From an uncultured Bacteriovoracaceae bacterium (GTDB taxonomy: Bacteria > Bdellovibrionota > Bacteriovoracia > Bacteriovoracales > Bacteriovoracaceae): 64,000 nucleotides of DNA. Location of the stretch: positions 64,001 to 128,000 of the forward strand of contig CAXGUD010000002.1 in assembly GCA_964012805.1 (NCBI GenBank). The letters are read 5' to 3'. The notes beneath the pieces were generated by a model. That model was not told the DNA's origin and made no database searches. It saw only the letters and a program-made list of their open reading frames with translations. The position numbers and the translations under genes were made by a program. Positions 60,501 to 64,000 of this stretch are shown here, piece by piece (within the stretch, counting starts at the first letter, position 1; each line of letters starts with the position of its first letter).

Positions 60501-60620
60501 GACATCGGGGTAAGTCGCCCTGTTAACACTTGTCAGAACAAGAATGCCCAGAAGGAGGATCACCAAGGTCAAAAGGTTAACAACAAGTGGTCTTTTTAAA
60601 AGAAATTTACTTAAAAACAT
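57564..60620 (-). CDS. RND family efflux permease (AcrB-like)
   Basis: YPGASSEDVE, GLLVDDAIVVAENI, GIIVNDG, RFRAVMLTTVTT. Confidence 0.93.
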   Translation of the reverse strand: MFLSKFLLKRPLVVNLLTLVILLLGILVLTSVNRATYPDVNFELMMVTTEYPGASSEDVEVNVTNKIEKKLEEVDGIDRIRSLSLENLSLVYIWLDLNASDPQAIKTDIRNAVDRVSDLPSEVSYKPSIEEFKSGNLPLMEIAITGGKDERERRLIAEALEDRIKDLSGVARITKNGYRKREIKIKADPKKLRRKKVSLVEIAKALKERNLRVSGGNFSSPGYLKKVITYSEFKDIEDVKNLIIRSNYSGRQVYLKDVAEVTEGYQKAKVLTKTNGSPSINLVVRAQAKADIIDLSDDIEMTIEELKKGFPKGVKAQIVNNMSYYTNSLLKIVQNNALIGGLFVIISLVVFLSKKVAFWTAFGIPLSLLGAVIFFPTLGVSINIISLITMILVLGLLVDDAIVVAENITRHREMGKEQVNAAIDGVREMFWPVTTTIITTILAFLPMFFLSGILGRFIYTIPVVVVAALIFSLFECTCLLPAHVAMGKSTGKDEEAAWWTRIKNLYERLLKGFLKRRFLTILLFVGFLGFSGVLFKTKMTYVLFPYNDVDSLFVLAEMPEGTPLQTTSKKMEAVEAFVSKVAGKDSSGYITTIGHHDTDPYGATGGQKENHALITLILKPAIQRGKTSETIMREIEKGLLDLTKKQGFTKLWTKKYKDGPPVGRPVTLSVVTKNTELRNKVSKDIFDFLSSVKGVVDLESDMKEGQNELRIIPNYYKMGRLGVTVETVAHTLRVAFQGSVPTKIVQEGEEIDFRLQISKKGFEDEREILKKVQVMNQRGRLLDLLPLVKLQEVRGQTIIRHYNGKPSVTISSDLNEKVTTSKKVKQLIQEKFKGQIEGTPGLQVVFGGEEKATEESIQDFIIAFPFCILGIYFVLVILFNSLIQPFIILATIPFGLAGVVISFYVFNLPLSFLGMIGSLGLVGIIVNDGLIMVSHLNQVSMGRELTMELLLKGAKDRFRAVMLTTVTTVLGMAPTIFGIGGYEPFLVPIVLAVAGGLVFATTLILIFIPVLYSFKIKK

Positions 60621-60785
60621 GAGCTATACTTACCTTTAGTAGACTTTCATTCAAAATGAATCTTTTAATTTCAAAGATTTGTCAAGGTATAGACCCCCCC
60701 TCTCGTTGACAAGGTGTGTGTTCCAATATTAGAAGTGGAACCAACAGCAACCTTTTTAAACAAGGCTTCCGAAGGAGCAAAAACC

Positions 60786-61544
60786 ATGAACTGTTTAACA
60801 AAACACATCAAAAGGTCTTCTCAGGCATTCCTCTTTGTTATTGCCTTAAGTCTTATTTTTATGGGGCCGGCGACCCAAAAAGCATATAGCGAAATGTCAG
60901 AAAAAGGTTTTTCGGATTGGAAACCTCTTTTTGAAAAGAATGGAATTAAAGTTTTCAAAGGAAAGCTCAAGGGTGAAGCGGTTATTCCCTTTAAAGCGAT
61001 TGGAACATTGAATGGATCTCTCGAAGAGGTTGTAAGCGTCCTTTTAAATTTCCAGCAAAAACCGATATGGTCTCCCAAACTAAAATCAGTCAAAATTCAT
61101 AAAGAGACGAACTCTTTTGTGAAAACCTTTAGCGAATATTACGAAACACCTTGGCCTTCTTCCGATAGAGAGTTTCTTCTTGAAGGAAAAATGGATATTC
61201 CAGACCAGAATTTAGTTAAACTTTTCGCAAGCTCATCTACAAAAACTTCATTTTCTAATAAAGACCATGTTTTGGCACAAGTCAACAATTTAGACCTAAC
61301 CTTAAAACGCCTTACCGAAACAAAAACCGCTGTAGAGTTTGTTTTTATGGGTGATTTAAAAGGCTGGATCCCAGCATGGATAACCAACCTTATTCAAAGA
61401 CGATGGCCCTACAAATTTTTAAAAGGGCTTGAAAAACATATCAATACAAAGAAGCTCAAAAATCAGCCTTTTCCACTTCCGCAAGATGTTAAGAAAAGGC
61501 TTACACACAACTTAAAAGTCACCTTAAACCAAGAGAAAATTTAG
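60786..61544 (+). CDS. START-domain (lipid-binding) exported protein
   Basis: NGIKVF, TPWPSSDREF, DLKGWIPAWITN; AAGGAG RBS before ATG 60786. Confidence 0.85.
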   Translation: MNCLTKHIKRSSQAFLFVIALSLIFMGPATQKAYSEMSEKGFSDWKPLFEKNGIKVFKGKLKGEAVIPFKAIGTLNGSLEEVVSVLLNFQQKPIWSPKLKSVKIHKETNSFVKTFSEYYETPWPSSDREFLLEGKMDIPDQNLVKLFASSSTKTSFSNKDHVLAQVNNLDLTLKRLTETKTAVEFVFMGDLKGWIPAWITNLIQRRWPYKFLKGLEKHINTKKLKNQPFPLPQDVKKRLTHNLKVTLNQEKI

Positions 61545-61624
61545 TAAAGACTCAGTTAAAAATTAAAAGATTTAGTTAACGATTAAAGGACTTAACTGTT
61601 AGAAAATATAAAAGGAACATTTCT

Positions 61625-62059
61625 ATGAAAAATATCATTGCCCCCACAATAACACTCATCACTTTTTTAATTATGACAAATGTTTACGCCTCAAAGTCAG
61701 ATTGCCCAGTAGAACTTAGCAAACACAACCTTTGTGCCAATATATCTTGGAAATTAGGGCCTCAATATGGAATCTATTCAAAAGCAGTTGTTACCTATTG
61801 GAAAAAAGGATTAAAAGCTGAAGGTCTTGTTGACCCAAACCCTTCCTTAGAAGTTTATCCATGGATGATTATGCCAAAAATGGAGCACGGTGGAAGCAAA
61901 GTTAAAATCAAAAAATTGGCCAAAGGAACTTATGAGATAGACCAAATTTTACTTTTAAAAATGCAGGGTTTTTGGGAGCTTCGCTTTAAAGAGCCAGGCG
62001 CGAACCCTAAAAATGGGGCTTTGGCCAAAAATAAAATTCATTTTACCAAAAATAAGTAA
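61625..62059 (+). CDS. Exported YtkA/FixH-like Ig-fold protein
   Basis: Signal peptide, Cys pair, WMIMPKMEHG, GTY, MQGFWEL. Confidence 0.7.
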   Translation: MKNIIAPTITLITFLIMTNVYASKSDCPVELSKHNLCANISWKLGPQYGIYSKAVVTYWKKGLKAEGLVDPNPSLEVYPWMIMPKMEHGGSKVKIKKLAKGTYEIDQILLLKMQGFWELRFKEPGANPKNGALAKNKIHFTKNK

Positions 62060-62104
62060 TTCCTTTAGTTTTACCTCAAAAAAGAAGGTTATAATGGTCT
62101 CTGT

Positions 62105-63043
62105 ATGGAGCTAAAACAAAAAAAGGCCAAGCCTCTTATAGGTGTTAGCGGTTGCCTCCTTGGGGAAGAAATACGCTACAATGGTCAACATAAAAAACAT
62201 CCACACATACTTCATGATATGGCAAAAGATTTTAACTACATTTCTTTTTGCCCTGAAGTTTCTATGGGCCTTGGGATTCCAAGGGCCGCTGTCCACCTAG
62301 CGGAAGTCGATGGTAAGCCTCACCTCGTCAATGCTAAAGATAGCTCGATTGATCATACAGAACTTGCTCAAAAAACTTTTGAAAAAATAACTCCGGAATT
62401 AAAAGAAACAATGGGCCTAGTTTTTACCAAGGGCTCTCCAAGTTGTGGAAAAGATCCTGTTAGGCTTTACCACGCAGAAAAAAAGGTGCCTCTTGGGAAA
62501 TCAAAAGGTCTTTTCGCCCAACATATTGAACAGGTCTATCCTCTTATTCCAAAAATTGATAGTGGGAGGCTTTACGACAAGGATCTAAGAGAAAATTTTT
62601 GTTCTCAAGTTCATTGCTTTCATGAATTCCAAACCATGGAAAAAAGACCACGCTCCCTCGTTAAATTTCATGAAGAACACAAGTTTTATATCCTTCAATA
62701 CGGAGATAAGTTCCTTAAGAAACTAGGACGTATATGCTCGGGCATTGATAATAAAAATATAAAAGGAAAGTGGTCTCTTTACGAAGAGGTTCTTTTTATG
62801 GAGACTTTTAAAGAAAGCATTACGGTCAAGAAAAGAACAAATGTTATTGAACATATGGCAGGCTTTTTTAAAAAAGAACTCTCAAAGAGTGATAAAAACT
62901 ACCTTCACGAAAGTATCATGGCCTACCACGACCGAAAATTGAGTTTTGAAACACTTCTTGTTCTCATTTATTACTTAACCGAGAGTAAAGATCAAGCCTA
63001 CTTAAAAAACCAAAAGATTTTTAAATATTATTCTAAGCTCTAA
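62105..63043 (+). CDS. DUF523 + DUF1722 (YbgA-like) protein
   Basis: IGVSGCLLGE.RYNG, CPEV..GLGIPR, SPSCG, FHEEHK, HMAGFFK. Confidence 0.9.
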   Translation: MELKQKKAKPLIGVSGCLLGEEIRYNGQHKKHPHILHDMAKDFNYISFCPEVSMGLGIPRAAVHLAEVDGKPHLVNAKDSSIDHTELAQKTFEKITPELKETMGLVFTKGSPSCGKDPVRLYHAEKKVPLGKSKGLFAQHIEQVYPLIPKIDSGRLYDKDLRENFCSQVHCFHEFQTMEKRPRSLVKFHEEHKFYILQYGDKFLKKLGRICSGIDNKNIKGKWSLYEEVLFMETFKESITVKKRTNVIEHMAGFFKKELSKSDKNYLHESIMAYHDRKLSFETLLVLIYYLTESKDQAYLKNQKIFKYYSKL

Positions 63044-63144
63044 ACTTCCCTATTTTTCCCATTTACTTTGTCCCTTATTTAAAATTTCTCCTTATTTTTC
63101 CGATACTTAATAATCTTTTAAACGTTTTAATTTAAAAAAAATAA

Positions 63145-64000
63145 ATGAGAAAATTTACACTTTTGTTCATATTTCTATTTATTTCACTATTACAACTTTC
63201 TTACACAAAAGAAGGCATAAAAACCTTTGATTTAAAAGAATGGAACCCTAACGGAAAAGAGGTTTTTTCATTAAAAGGAAATTGGTCCTTCGTCTGGGAC
63301 AAACTAGTCGGACCGGAAGAGTTTTTAAAAGATGGTCTTCCTTATAGTGACAAAAAAAATAGGCTCATGCCAGGACGTTGGGTAAATTACGAAGGCCTAA
63401 GTTTAAAAAATAGATTTGGAAAAGCAACTTTCGTTGCGACTTTAACAAATGTTCCTCCCAATAAAGTTCTTTTTTTTAATGTGGTTCAGGTTTATAGCGC
63501 ATTTAAAATTTTTTTCATACAAAAAGGTAAATTGGTTGGTATTTGGGAAAATGGAAAAATAGGACATTCAAAAAAAGAAGAAATTCCAGGAAAGTACAAT
63601 GCCTTAAAATCTTTGGCATTTGGCGAAGGTGATATAACTCTCATTATGCATCTTACAAACAACCACCTCCATACAGGAATGATAGGGAAAGTTTTTAATC
63701 TCGGTACCGAAAATAATATTTATATTGAAGACCAAAAGAGAAAAATTATTTCTACCATCGTCTTTTCAATCCTCTTAATTATGGGGGTATACCACCTCCT
63801 TTTTTGGTTTATAAGAAAAAAAGATCAAAGCCTTCTTTGGTTTGGTATCTTCTGTACTGCCGCGGCCATAAGAACAGGTTCCGTTGAATCTTTATTTGAA
63901 TATTTCAGTGACACAAGTTCACTGAAGTTTGTTCTCAATCATAGAGTAGGTTACATTTCACTTTACCTATATCTCCCAGCTTTTGCGAGTTACCTTAGAG
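63145..64000 (+). CDS. 7TM-DISM sensor protein, truncated at window end
   Basis: Own translation (not in ORF track): MRKFTLLF..FDLKEWN..LKGNWSFVW..PGRW..GKATF..GKIG..IMGVYHLL..LWFGIFC; frame open to the window end. Confidence 0.85.
   Translation, partial: MRKFTLLFIFLFISLLQLSYTKEGIKTFDLKEWNPNGKEVFSLKGNWSFVWDKLVGPEEFLKDGLPYSDKKNRLMPGRWVNYEGLSLKNRFGKATFVATLTNVPPNKVLFFNVVQVYSAFKIFFIQKGKLVGIWENGKIGHSKKEEIPGKYNALKSLAFGEGDITLIMHLTNNHLHTGMIGKVFNLGTENNIYIEDQKRKIISTIVFSILLIMGVYHLLFWFIRKKDQSLLWFGIFCTAAAIRTGSVESLFEYFSDTSSLKFVLNHRVGYISLYLYLPAFASYLR

Noticed and set aside
831..62296. Many short ORF-track entries (e.g. 831-1097, 38292-38792, 53109-53375, 59281-59649, 60821-61093)
   Set aside because: Antisense or alternate-frame shadows of well-supported genes, without recognisable motifs
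1..64000. CRISPR arrays, tRNA/rRNA genes, IS elements, prophage or defence systems
   Set aside because: No regularly spaced repeats, cloverleaf motifs, transposase, integrase or nuclease signatures recognised by eye; a dedicated scan was not possible

Overview
AT-rich, gene-dense bacterial chromosome segment. Gene content (compact Agl/Glt gliding operon, 7TM-DISM sensors, RoxA-like and MauG-like cytochromes) suggests a Bdellovibrionota predator such as Bacteriovorax/Halobacteriovorax; this is inference, as the window has no marker gene. In order: two glycosyltransferases, lipocalin, M14 deacylase, a 10-gene gliding-motility-type operon (4357-14606), radical SAM protein, two adjacent decayed genes, RoxA-like diheme cytochrome, Fe3+ ABC transporter, unknown lipoprotein, bacterioferritin preceded by a long structured non-coding segment, msrC-pta-ackA, several hydrolases and a kinase, a SerB-type ACT-only protein, aapJQMP, an amidinotransferase, a fused double-DUF1538 membrane protein with a triple-PII protein, cytochrome c peroxidase, a 7TM-DISM/CheA-like kinase, modABC, speB-speA, pseudoazurin, korAB, an orphan RND pump and a truncated 7TM-DISM gene. 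No rRNA, tRNA, CRISPR array or mobile element was recognised. Best leads: the single-chain triple-PII/double-DUF1538 module (39440-42491) and a candidate structured RNA upstream of bfr (24863-25037). All family calls come from motif recognition by eye; no database search was run.
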